Source: Botryllus schlosseri (taxonomy: Eukaryota). Taken from it: a stretch of 64,000 bases of DNA. A program made the position numbers and the translations under genes. The notes under the pieces are model-generated. The model had not been told where the DNA came from. It ran no database searches and saw only the letters and a list, made by a program, of their open reading frames with translations. Positions 1 to 11,558 of the stretch are shown here, in pieces. The stretch's first letter is position 1, and each line of letters opens with the position of its first letter. The stretch covers positions 41,728,001-41,792,000 of the forward strand of contig CM119371.1 in the NCBI GenBank assembly GCA_051294905.1, given 5' to 3'.

Positions 1-148
1 TCTTTGAGAGTTTAATACGATCGGCTGAAGCTCCAGGACCATTTTCAATAACGACCACCCGCTTGAACACGTTGAAATAGGGAGAGTAGGATAATTGATT
101 CTGATCAAGCTAGTTTTTCAGGGGGTCAAATCTGGTCTAGCTTTCACG

Positions 149-296
149 TCTCTGAGAGTTTGATACGATCGGTTGAAGCTCCAGGACCATTTTCAATAAC
201 GACCGCCCGCTTGAACACGTTGAATTAGGGAGAGTAGGATAATTGATTCTGATCAAGCTAGTTTTTCAGGGGGTCAAATCTGGTCTAGCTTTCACG
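149..296. repeat. Representative type C monomer (148 bp), type B with a 45-bp internal deletion
   Basis: Reads ...GGTCTAGCTTTCACGTCTC..., whereas B reads GGTCTAGC-TTTCA-(40 bp)-TTTCA-CGTCTC (TTTCA at 1506-1510 and 1551-1555). Confidence 0.98.
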
Positions 297-489
297 TCTC
301 TGAGAGTTTGATACGATCGGTTGAAGCTCCAGGACCATTTTCAATAACGACCGCCCGCTTGAACACGTTGAAATAGGGTATCGGATTATTCATTCTGAAT
401 ATGCTACTTTTTTAGGTGGTATAATAAATGAACTTGATTTCAATTAAACTTTTGCGCCTCTTTAAGCGTCGCGTCGACGAAATCCCCCG

Positions 490-682
490 TCTTTGAGAGT
501 TTAATACGATCGGCTTTAGCTCCAGGACCATTTTCAATAACGACCGCCCGCTTGAACACGTTGAAATAGGGTATCGGATTATTCATTCTGAATATGCTAC
601 TTTTTTAGGGGGTATAATAAATGAACTTGATTTCAATTAAACTTTTGCGCCTCTTTAAGCGTCGCGTCGACGAAATCCCCCG
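490..682. repeat. Representative type A monomer (193 bp), diagnostic segment AAATAGGGTATCGGATTATTCATTCTGAATATGCTAC...GTATAATAAATGAACTTGA
   Basis: The unit recurs at 683, 876 and throughout. Two sub-variants usually alternate (AGGTGG followed by GGCTTTAGC, AGGGGG followed by GGCTGAAGC). Confidence 0.98.
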
Positions 683-1557
683 TCTTTGAGAGTTTAATAC
701 GATCGGCTGAAGCTCCAGGACCATTTTCAATAACGACCGCCCGCTTGAACACGTTGAAATAGGGTATCGGATTATTCATTCTGAATATGCTACTTTTTTA
801 GGTGGTATAATAAATGAACTTGATTTCAATTAAACTTTTGCGCCTCTTTAAGCGTCGCGTCGACGAAATCCCCCGTCTTTGAGAGTTTAATACGATCGGC
901 TTTAGCTCCAGGACCATTTTCAATAACGACCGCCCGCTTGAACACGTTGAAATAGGGTATCGGATTATTCATTCTGAATATGCTACTTTTTTAGGGGGTA
1001 TAATAAATGAACTTGATTTCAATTAAACTTTTGCGCCTCTTTAAGCGTCGCGTCGACGAAATCCCCCGTCTTTGAGAGTTTATAACGATCGGCTGAAGCT
1101 CCAGGACCATTTTCAATAACGACCGCCCGCTTGAACACGTTGAATTAGGGAGAGTAGGATAATTGATTCTGATCAAGCTAGTTTTTCAGGGGGTCAAATC
1201 TGGTCTAGCTTTCACGTCTCTGAGAGTTTGATACGATCGGTTGAAGCTCCAGGACCATTTTCAATAACGACCGCCCGCTTGAACACGTTGAATTAGGGAG
1301 AGTAGGATAATTGATTCTGATCAAGCTAGTTTTTCAGGGGGTCAAATCTGGTCTAGCTTTCACGTCTCTGAGAGTTTGATACGATCGGTTGAAGCTCCAG
1401 GACCATTTTCAATAACGACCGCCCGCTTGAACACGTTGAATTAGGGAGAGTAGGATAATTGATTCTGATCAAGCTAGTTTTTCAGGGGGTCAAATCTGGT
1501 CTAGCTTTCAATTGGACTTTTGCGCCTCTTTAAGCGTCGCGTCGAAGAAATTTCACG

Positions 1558-1750
1558 TCTCTGAGAGTTTGATACGATCGGCTGAAGCTCCAGGACCATT
1601 TTCAATAACGACCGCCCGCTTGAACACGTTGAATTAGGGAGAGTAGGATAATTGATTCTGATCAAGCTAGTTTTTCAGGGGGTCAAATCTGGTCTAGCTT
1701 TCAATTGGACTTTTGCGCCTCTTTAAGCGTCGCGTCGAAGAAATTTCACG
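1558..1750. repeat. Representative type B monomer (193 bp), diagnostic segment AATTAGGGAGAGTAGGATAATTGATTCTGATCAAGCTAG...CAAATCTGGTCTAGCTTTCAATTGGAC
   Basis: Aligns end to end with type A. It shares the 48-bp core and TTTTGCGCCTCTTTAAGCGTCGCGTCGA, and differs in the middle ~80 bp. Confidence 0.98.
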
Positions 1751-4700
1751 TCTCTGAGAGTTTGATACGATCGGCTGAAGCTCCAGGACCATTTTCAATA
1801 ACGACCGCCCGCTTGAACACGTTGAATTAGGGAGAGTAGGATAATTGATTCTGATCAAGCTAGTTTTTCAGGGGGTCAAATCTGGTCTAGCTTTCACGTC
1901 TCTGAGAGTTTGATACGATCGGTTGAAGCTCCAGGACCATTTTCAATAACGACCGCCCGCTTGAACACGTTGAAATAGGGTATCGGATTATTCATTCTGC
2001 ATATGCTACTTTTTTAGGTGGTATAATAAATGAACTTGATTTCAATTAAACTTTTGCGCCTCTTTAAGCGTCGCGTCGACGAAATCCCCCGTCTTTGAGA
2101 GTTTAATACGATCGGCTTTAGCTCCAGGACCATTTTCAATAACGACCGCCCGCTTGAACACGTTGAAATAGGGTATCGGATTATTCATTCTGAATATGCT
2201 ACTTTTTTAGGGGGTATAATAAATGAACTTGATTTCAATTAAACTTTTGCGCCTCTTTAAGCGTCGCGTCGACGAAATCCCCCGTCTTTGAGAGTTTAAT
2301 ACGATCGGCTGAAGCTCCAGGACCATTTTCAATAACGACCGCCCGCTTGAACACGTTGAAATAGGGTATCGGATTATTCATTCTGAATATGCTACTTTTT
2401 TAGGTGGTATAATAAATGAACTTGATTTCAATTAAACTTTTGCGCCTCTTTAAGCGTCGCGTCGACGAAATCCCCCGTCTTTGAGAGTTTAATACGATCG
2501 GCTTTAGCTCCAGGACCATTTTCAATAACGACCGCCCGCTTGAACACGTTGAAATAGGGTATCGGATTATTCATTCTGAATATGCTACTTTTTTAGGGGG
2601 TATAATAAATGAACTTGATTTCAATTAAACTTTTGCGCCTCTTTAAGCGTCGCGTCGACGAAATCCCCCGTCTTTGAGAGTTTATAACGATCGGCTGAAG
2701 CTCCAGGACCATTTTCAATAACGACCGCCCGCTTGAACACGTTGAATTAGGGAGAGTAGGATAATTGATTCTGATCAAGCTAGTTTTTCAGGGGGTCAAA
2801 TCTGGTCTAGCTTTCAATTGGACTTTTGCGCCTCTTTAAGCGTCGCGTCGAAGAAATTTCACGTCTCTGAGAGTTTGATACGATCGGCTGAAGCTCCAGG
2901 ACCATTTTCAATAACGACCGCCCGCTTGAACACGTTGAATTAGGGAGAGTAGGATAATTGATTCTGATCAAGCTAGTTTTTCAGGGGGTCAAATCTGGTC
3001 TAGCTTTCACGTCTCTGAGAGTTTGATACGATCGGTTGAAGCTCCAGGACCATTTTCAATAACGACCGCCCGCTTGAACACGTTGAATTAGGGAGAGTAG
3101 GATAATTGATTCTGATCAAGCTAGTTTTTCAGGGGGTCAAATCTGGTCTAGCTTTCACGTCTCTGAGAGTTTGATACGATCGGTTGAAGCTCCAGGACCA
3201 TTTTCAATAACGACCGCCCGCTTGAACACGTTGAAATAGGGTATCGGATTATTCATTCTGAATATGCTACTTTTTCAGGTGGTATAATAAATGAACTTGA
3301 TTTCAATTAAACTTTTGCGCCTCTTTAAGCGTCGCGTCGACGAAATCCCCCGTCTTTGAGAGTTTAATACGATCGGCTTTAGCTCCAGGACCATTTTCAA
3401 TAACGACCGCCCGCTTGAACACGTTGAAATAGGGTATCGGATTATTCATTCTGAATATGCTACTTTTTTAGGGGGTATAATAAATGAACTTGATTTCAAT
3501 TAAACTTTTGCGCCTCTTTAAGCGTCGCGTCGACGAAATCCCCCGTCTTTGAGAGTTTAATACGATCGGCTGAAGCTCCAGGACCATTTTCAATAACGAC
3601 CGCCCGCTTGAACACGTTGAAATAGGGTATCGGATTATTCATTCTGAATATGCTACTTTTTTAGGTGGTATAATAAATGAACTTGATTTCAATTAAACTT
3701 TTGCGCCTCTTTAAGCGTCGCGTCGACGAAATCCCCCGTCTTTGAGAGTTTAATACGATCGGCTTTAGCTCCAGGACCATTTTCAATAACGACCGCCCGC
3801 TTGAACACGTTGAAATAGGGTATCGGATTATTCATTCTGAATATGCTACTTTTTTAGGGGGTATAATAAATGAACTTGATTTCAATTAAACTTTTGCGCC
3901 TCTTTAAGCGTCGCGTCGACGAAATCCCCCGTCTTTGAGAGTTTAATACGATCGGCTGAAGCTCCAGGACCATTTTCAATAACGACCGCCCGCTTGAACA
4001 CGTTGAAATAGGGTATCGGATTATTCATTCTGAATATGCTACTTTTTTAGGTGGTATAATAAATGAACTTGATTTCAATTAAACTTTTGCGCCTCTTTAA
4101 GCGTCGCGTCGACGAAATCCCCCGTCTTTGAGAGTTTAATACGATCGGCTTTAGCTCCAGGACCATTTTCAATAACGACCGCCCGCTTGAACACGTTGAA
4201 ATAGGGTATCGGATTATTCATTCTGAATATGCTACTTTTTTAGGGGGTATAATAAATGAACTTGATTTCAATTAAACTTTTGCGCCTCTTTAAGCGTCGC
4301 GTCGACGAAATCCCCCGTCTTTGAGAGTTTATAACGATCGGCTGAAGCTCCAGGACCATTTTCAATAACGACCGCCCGCTTGAACACGTTGAATTAGGGA
4401 GAGTAGGATAATTGATTCTGATCAAGCTAGTTTTTCAGGGGGTCAAATCTGGTCTAGCTTTCAATTGGACTTTTGCGCCTCTTTAAGCGTCGCGTCGAAG
4501 AAATTTCACGTCTCTGAGAGTTTGATACGATCGGCTGAAGCTCCAGGACCATTTTCAATAACGACCGCCCGCTTGAACACGTTGAATTAGGGAGAGTAGG
4601 ATAATTGATTCTGATCAAGCTAGTTTTTCAGGGGGTCAAATCTGGTCTAGCTTTCACGTCTCTGAGAGTTTGATACGATCGGTTGAAGCTCCAGGACCAT

Positions 4701-7700
4701 TTTCAATAACGACCGCCCGCTTGAACACGTTGAATTAGGGAGAGTAGGATAATTGATTCTGATCAAGCTAGTTTTTCAGGGGGTCAAATCTGGTCTAGCT
4801 TTCACGTCTCTGAGAGTTTGATACGATCGGTTGAAGCTCCAGGACCATTTTCAATAACGACCGCCCGCTTGAACACGTTGAAATAGGGTATCGGATTATT
4901 CATTCTGAATATGCTACTTTTTCAGGTGGTATAATAAATGAACTTGATTTCAATTAAACTTTTGCGCCTCTTTAAGCGTCGCGTCGACGAAATCCCCCGT
5001 CTTTGAGAGTTTAATACGATCGGCTTTAGCTCCAGGACCATTTTCAATAACGACCGCCCGCTTGAACACGTTGAAATAGGGTATCGGATTATTCATTCTG
5101 AATATGCTACTTTTTTAGGGGGTATAATAAATGAACTTGATTTCAATTAAACTTTTGCGCCTCTTTAAGCGTCGCGTCGACGAAATCCCCCGTCTTTGAG
5201 AGTTTAATACGATCGGCTGAAGCTCCAGGACCATTTTCAATAACGACCGCCCGCTTGAACACGTTGAAATAGGGTATCGGATTATTCATTCTGAATATGC
5301 TACTTTTTTAGGGGGTATAATAAATGAACTTGATTTCAATTAAACTTTTGCGCCTCTTTAAGCGTCGCGTCGACGAAATCCCCCGTCTTTGAGAGTTTAA
5401 TACGATCGGCTGAAGCTCCAGGACCATTTTCAATAACGACCACCCGCTTGAACACGTTGAAATAGGGAGAGTAGGATAATTGATTCTGATCAAGCTAGTT
5501 TTTCAGGGGGTCAAATCTGGTCTAGCTTTCACGTCTCTGAGAGTTTGATACGATCGGTTGAAGCTCCAGGACCATTTTCAATAACGACCGCCCGCTTGAA
5601 CACGTTGAATTAGGGAGAGTAGGATAATTGATTCTGATCAAGCTAGTTTTTCAGGGGGTCAAATCTGGTCTAGCTTTCACGTCTCTGAGAGTTTGATACG
5701 ATCGGTTGAAGCTCCAGGACCATTTTCAATAACGACCGCCCGCTTGAACACGTTGAAATAGGGTATCGGATTATTCATTCTGAATATGCTACTTTTTTAG
5801 GTGGTATAATAAATGAACTTGATTTCAATTAAACTTTTGCGCCTCTTTAAGCGTCGCGTCGACGAAATCCCCCGTCTTTGAGAGTTTAATACGATCGGCT
5901 TTAGCTCCAGGACCATTTTCAATAACGACCGCCCGCTTGAACACGTTGAAATAGGGTATCGGATTATTCATTCTGAATATGCTACTTTTTTAGGGGGTAT
6001 AATAAATGAACTTGATTTCAATTAAACTTTTGCGCCTCTTTAAGCGTCGCGTCGACGAAATCCCCCGTCTTTGAGAGTTTAATACGATCGGCTGAAGCTC
6101 CAGGACCATTTTCAATAACGACCGCCCGCTTGAACACGTTGAAATAGGGTATCGGATTATTCATTCTGAATATGCTACTTTTTTAGGTGGTATAATAAAT
6201 GAACTTGATTTCAATTAAACTTTTGCGCCTCTTTAAGCGTCGCGTCGACGAAATCCCCCGTCTTTGAGAGTTTAATACGATCGGCTTTAGCTCCAGGACC
6301 ATTTTCAATAACGACCGCCCGCTTGAACACGTTGAAATAGGGTATCGGATTATTCATTCTGAATATGCTACTTTTTTAGGGGGTATAATAAATGAACTTG
6401 ATTTCAATTAAACTTTTGCGCCTCTTTAAGCGTCGCGTCGACGAAATCCCCCGTCTTTGAGAGTTTATAACGATCGGCTGAAGCTCCAGGACCATTTTCA
6501 ATAACGACCGCCCGCTTGAACACGTTGAATTAGGGAGAGTAGGATAATTGATTCTGATCAAGCTAGTTTTTCAGGGGGTCAAATCTGGTCTAGCTTTCAC
6601 GTCTCTGAGAGTTTGATACGATCGGTTGAAGCTCCAGGACCATTTTCAATAACGACCGCCCGCTTGAACACGTTGAATTAGGGAGAGTAGGATAATTGAT
6701 TCTGATCAAGCTAGTTTTTCAGGGGGTCAAATCTGGTCTAGCTTTCACGTCTCTGAGAGTTTGATACGATCGGTTGAAGCTCCAGGACCATTTTCAATAA
6801 CGACCGCCCGCTTGAACACGTTGAATTAGGGAGAGTAGGATAATTGATTCTGATCAAGCTAGTTTTTCAGGGGGTCAAATCTGGTCTAGCTTTCAATTGG
6901 ACTTTTGCGCCTCTTTAAGCGTCGCGTCGAAGAAATTTCACGTCTCTGAGAGTTTGATACGATCGGCTGAAGCTCCAGGACCATTTTCAATAACGACCGC
7001 CCGCTTGAACACGTTGAATTAGGGAGAGTAGGATAATTGATTCTGATCAAGCTAGTTTTTCAGGGGGTCAAATCTGGTCTAGCTTTCAATTGGACTTTTG
7101 CGCCTCTTTAAGCGTCGCGTCGAAGAAATTTCACGTCTCTGAGAGTTTGATACGATCGGCTGAAGCTCCAGGACCATTTTCAATAACGACCGCCCGCTTG
7201 AACACGTTGAATTAGGGAGAGTAGGATAATTGATTCTGATCAAGCTAGTTTTTCAGGGGGTCAAATCTGGTCTAGCTTTCACGTCTCTGAGAGTTTGATA
7301 CGATCGGTTGAAGCTCCAGGACCATTTTCAATAACGACCGCCCGCTTGAACACGTTGAAATAGGGTATCGGATTATTCATTCTGCATATGCTACTTTTTT
7401 AGGTGGTATAATAAATGAACTTGATTTCAATTAAACTTTTGCGCCTCTTTAAGCGTCGCGTCGACGAAATCCCCCGTCTTTGAGAGTTTAATACGATCGG
7501 CTTTAGCTCCAGGACCATTTTCAATAACGACCGCCCGCTTGAACACGTTGAAATAGGGTATCGGATTATTCATTCTGAATATGCTACTTTTTTAGGGGGT
7601 ATAATAAATGAACTTGATTTCAATTAAACTTTTGCGCCTCTTTAAGCGTCGCGTCGACGAAATCCCCCGTCTTTGAGAGTTTAATACGATCGGCTGAAGC

Positions 7701-10700
7701 TCCAGGACCATTTTCAATAACGACCGCCCGCTTGAACACGTTGAAATAGGGTATCGGATTATTCATTCTGAATATGCTACTTTTTTAGGTGGTATAATAA
7801 ATGAACTTGATTTCAATTAAACTTTTGCGCCTCTTTAAGCGTCGCGTCGACGAAATCCCCCGTCTTTGAGAGTTTAATACGATCGGCTTTAGCTCCAGGA
7901 CCATTTTCAATAACGACCGCCCGCTTGAACACGTTGAAATAGGGTATCGGATTATTCATTCTGAATATGCTACTTTTTTAGGGGGTATAATAAATGAACT
8001 TGATTTCAATTAAACTTTTGCGCCTCTTTAAGCGTCGCGTCGACGAAATCCCCCGTCTTTGAGAGTTTATAACGATCGGCTGAAGCTCCAGGACCATTTT
8101 CAATAACGACCGCCCGCTTGAACACGTTGAATTAGGGAGAGTAGGATAATTGATTCTGATCAAGCTAGTTTTTCAGGGGGTCAAATCTGGTCTAGCTTTC
8201 AATTGGACTTTTGCGCCTCTTTAAGCGTCGCGTCGAAGAAATTTCACGTCTCTGAGAGTTTGATACGATCGGCTGAAGCTCCAGGACCATTTTCAATAAC
8301 GACCGCCCGCTTGAACACGTTGAATTAGGGAGAGTAGGATAATTGATTCTGATCAAGCTAGTTTTTCAGGGGGTCAAATCTGGTCTAGCTTTCACGTCTC
8401 TGAGAGTTTGATACGATCGGTTGAAGCTCCAGGACCATTTTCAATAACGACCGCCCGCTTGAACACGTTGAATTAGGGAGAGTAGGATAATTGATTCTGA
8501 TCAAGCTAGTTTTTCAGGGGGTCAAATCTGGTCTAGCTTTCACGTCTCTGAGAGTTTGATACGATCGGTTGAAGCTCCAGGACCATTTTCAATAACGACC
8601 GCCCGCTTGAACACGTTGAAATAGGGTATCGGATTATTCATTCTGAATATGCTACTTTTTCAGGTGGTATAATAAATGAACTTGATTTCAATTAAACTTT
8701 TGCGCCTCTTTAAGCGTCGCGTCGACGAAATCCCCCGTCTTTGAGAGTTTAATACGATCGGCTTTAGCTCCAGGACCATTTTCAATAACGACCGCCCGCT
8801 TGAACACGTTGAAATAGGGTATCGGATTATTCATTCTGAATATGCTACTTTTTTAGGGGGTATAATAAATGAACTTGATTTCAATTAAACTTTTGCGCCT
8901 CTTTAAGCGTCGCGTCGACGAAATCCCCCGTCTTTGAGAGTTTAATACGATCGGCTGAAGCTCCAGGACCATTTTCAATAACGACCGCCCGCTTGAACAC
9001 GTTGAAATAGGGTATCGGATTATTCATTCTGAATATGCTACTTTTTTAGGTGGTATAATAAATGAACTTGATTTCAATTAAACTTTTGCGCCTCTTTAAG
9101 CGTCGCGTCGACGAAATCCCCCGTCTTTGAGAGTTTAATACGATCGGCTTTAGCTCCAGGACCATTTTCAATAACGACCGCCCGCTTGAACACGTTGAAA
9201 TAGGGTATCGGATTATTCATTCTGAATATGCTACTTTTTTAGGGGGTATAATAAATGAACTTGATTTCAATTAAACTTTTGCGCCTCTTTAAGCGTCGCG
9301 TCGACGAAATCCCCCGTCTTTGAGAGTTTAATACGATCGGCTGAAGCTCCAGGACCATTTTCAATAACGACCGCCCGCTTGAACACGTTGAAATAGGGTA
9401 TCGGATTATTCATTCTGAATATGCTACTTTTTTAGGTGGTATAATAAATGAACTTGATTTCAATTAAACTTTTGCGCCTCTTTAAGCGTCGCGTCGACGA
9501 AATCCCCCGTCTTTGAGAGTTTAATACGATCGGCTTTAGCTCCAGGACCATTTTCAATAACGACCGCCCGCTTGAACACGTTGAAATAGGGTATCGGATT
9601 ATTCATTCTGAATATGCTACTTTTTTAGGGGGTATAATAAATGAACTTGATTTCAATTAAACTTTTGCGCCTCTTTAAGCGTCGCGTCGACGAAATCCCC
9701 CGTCTTTGAGAGTTTATAACGATCGGCTGAAGCTCCAGGACCATTTTCAATAACGACCGCCCGCTTGAACACGTTGAATTAGGGAGAGTAGGATAATTGA
9801 TTCTGATCAAGCTAGTTTTTCAGGGGGTCAAATCTGGTCTAGCTTTCAATTGGACTTTTGCGCCTCTTTAAGCGTCGCGTCGAAGAAATTTCACGTCTCT
9901 GAGAGTTTGATACGATCGGCTGAAGCTCCAGGACCATTTTCAATAACGACCGCCCGCTTGAACACGTTGAATTAGGGAGAGTAGGATAATTGATTCTGAT
10001 CAAGCTAGTTTTTCAGGGGGTCAAATCTGGTCTAGCTTTCACGTCTCTGAGAGTTTGATACGATCGGTTGAAGCTCCAGGACCATTTTCAATAACGACCG
10101 CCCGCTTGAACACGTTGAATTAGGGAGAGTAGGATAATTGATTCTGATCAAGCTAGTTTTTCAGGGGGTCAAATCTGGTCTAGCTTTCACGTCTCTGAGA
10201 GTTTGATACGATCGGTTGAAGCTCCAGGACCATTTTCAATAACGACCGCCCGCTTGAACACGTTGAAATAGGGTATCGGATTATTCATTCTGAATATGCT
10301 ACTTTTTTAGGTGGTATAATAAATGAACTTGATTTCAATTAAACTTTTGCGCCTCTTTAAGCGTCGCGTCGACGAAATCCCCCGTCTTTGAGAGTTTAAT
10401 ACGATCGGCTTTAGCTCCAGGACCATTTTCAATAACGACCGCCCGCTTGAACACGTTGAAATAGGGTATCGGATTATTCATTCTGAATATGCTACTTTTT
10501 TAGGGGGTATAATAAATGAACTTGATTTCAATTAAACTTTTGCGCCTCTTTAAGCGTCGCGTCGACGAAATCCCCCGTCTTTGAGAGTTTAATACGATCG
10601 GCTGAAGCTCCAGGACCATTTTCAATAACGACCGCCCGCTTGAACACGTTGAAATAGGGTATCGGATTATTCATTCTGCATATGCTACTTTTTTAGGTGG

Positions 10701-11558
10701 TATAATAAATGAACTTGATTTCAATTAAACTTTTGCGCCTCTTTAAGCGTCGCGTCGACGAAATCCCCCGTCTTTGAGAGTTTAATACGATCGGCTTTAG
10801 CTCCAGGACCATTTTCAATAACGACCGCCCGCTTGAACACGTTGAAATAGGGTATCGGATTATTCATTCTGAATATGCTACTTTTTTAGGGGGTATAATA
10901 AATGAACTTGATTTCAATTAAACTTTTGCGCCTCTTTAAGCGTCGCGTCGACGAAATCCCCCGTCTTTGAGAGTTTAATACGATCGGCTGAAGCTCCAGG
11001 ACCATTTTCAATAACGACCGCCCGCTTGAACACGTTGAAATAGGGTATCGGATTATTCATTCTGAATATGCTACTTTTTTAGGTGGTATAATAAATGAAC
11101 TTGATTTCAATTAAACTTTTGCGCCTCTTTAAGCGTCGCGTCGACGAAATCCCCCGTCTTTGAGAGTTTAATACGATCGGCTTTAGCTCCAGGACCATTT
11201 TCAATAACGACCGCCCGCTTGAACACGTTGAAATAGGGTATCGGATTATTCATTCTGAATATGCTACTTTTTTAGGGGGTATAATAAATGAACTTGATTT
11301 CAATTAAACTTTTGCGCCTCTTTAAGCGTCGCGTCGACGAAATCCCCCGTCTTTGAGAGTTTATAACGATCGGCTGAAGCTCCAGGACCATTTTCAATAA
11401 CGACCGCCCGCTTGAACACGTTGAATTAGGGAGAGTAGGATAATTGATTCTGATCAAGCTAGTTTTTCAGGGGGTCAAATCTGGTCTAGCTTTCAATTGG
11501 ACTTTTGCGCCTCTTTAAGCGTCGCGTCGAAGAAATTTCACGTCTCTGAGAGTTTGAT

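Larger units (their letters stand above)
1..10307. repeat. 5385-bp higher-order duplication (30 monomers: 21x193 + 9x148), about 1.9 copies visible
   Basis: Markers are offset by exactly 5385: ACCACC variant 57/5442, rare TCTGCATAT variant 2000/7385, ORF markers 991/6376, 2593/7978, 4240/9625. First mismatch noticed at 4923 (C) vs 10308 (T). Confidence 0.9.

Noticed and set aside
598..625. TATAAT promoter box, T6 Pol III terminator, or TTTTCAG/TTTTTAG splice acceptors suggesting a tandem RNA gene (5S, tRNA, SL or snRNA)
   Set aside because: These short motifs are expected by chance in AT-rich patches. I recognised no 5S, tRNA or snRNA sequence or A/B boxes. An Rfam/Infernal scan of the three monomers would settle it.
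540..700. Canonical CENP-B box (TTCGnnnnAnnCGGG) in the CpG-rich parts of the monomer
   Set aside because: I checked the CCCG and CGAA occurrences for the required spacing on both strands and none matched.
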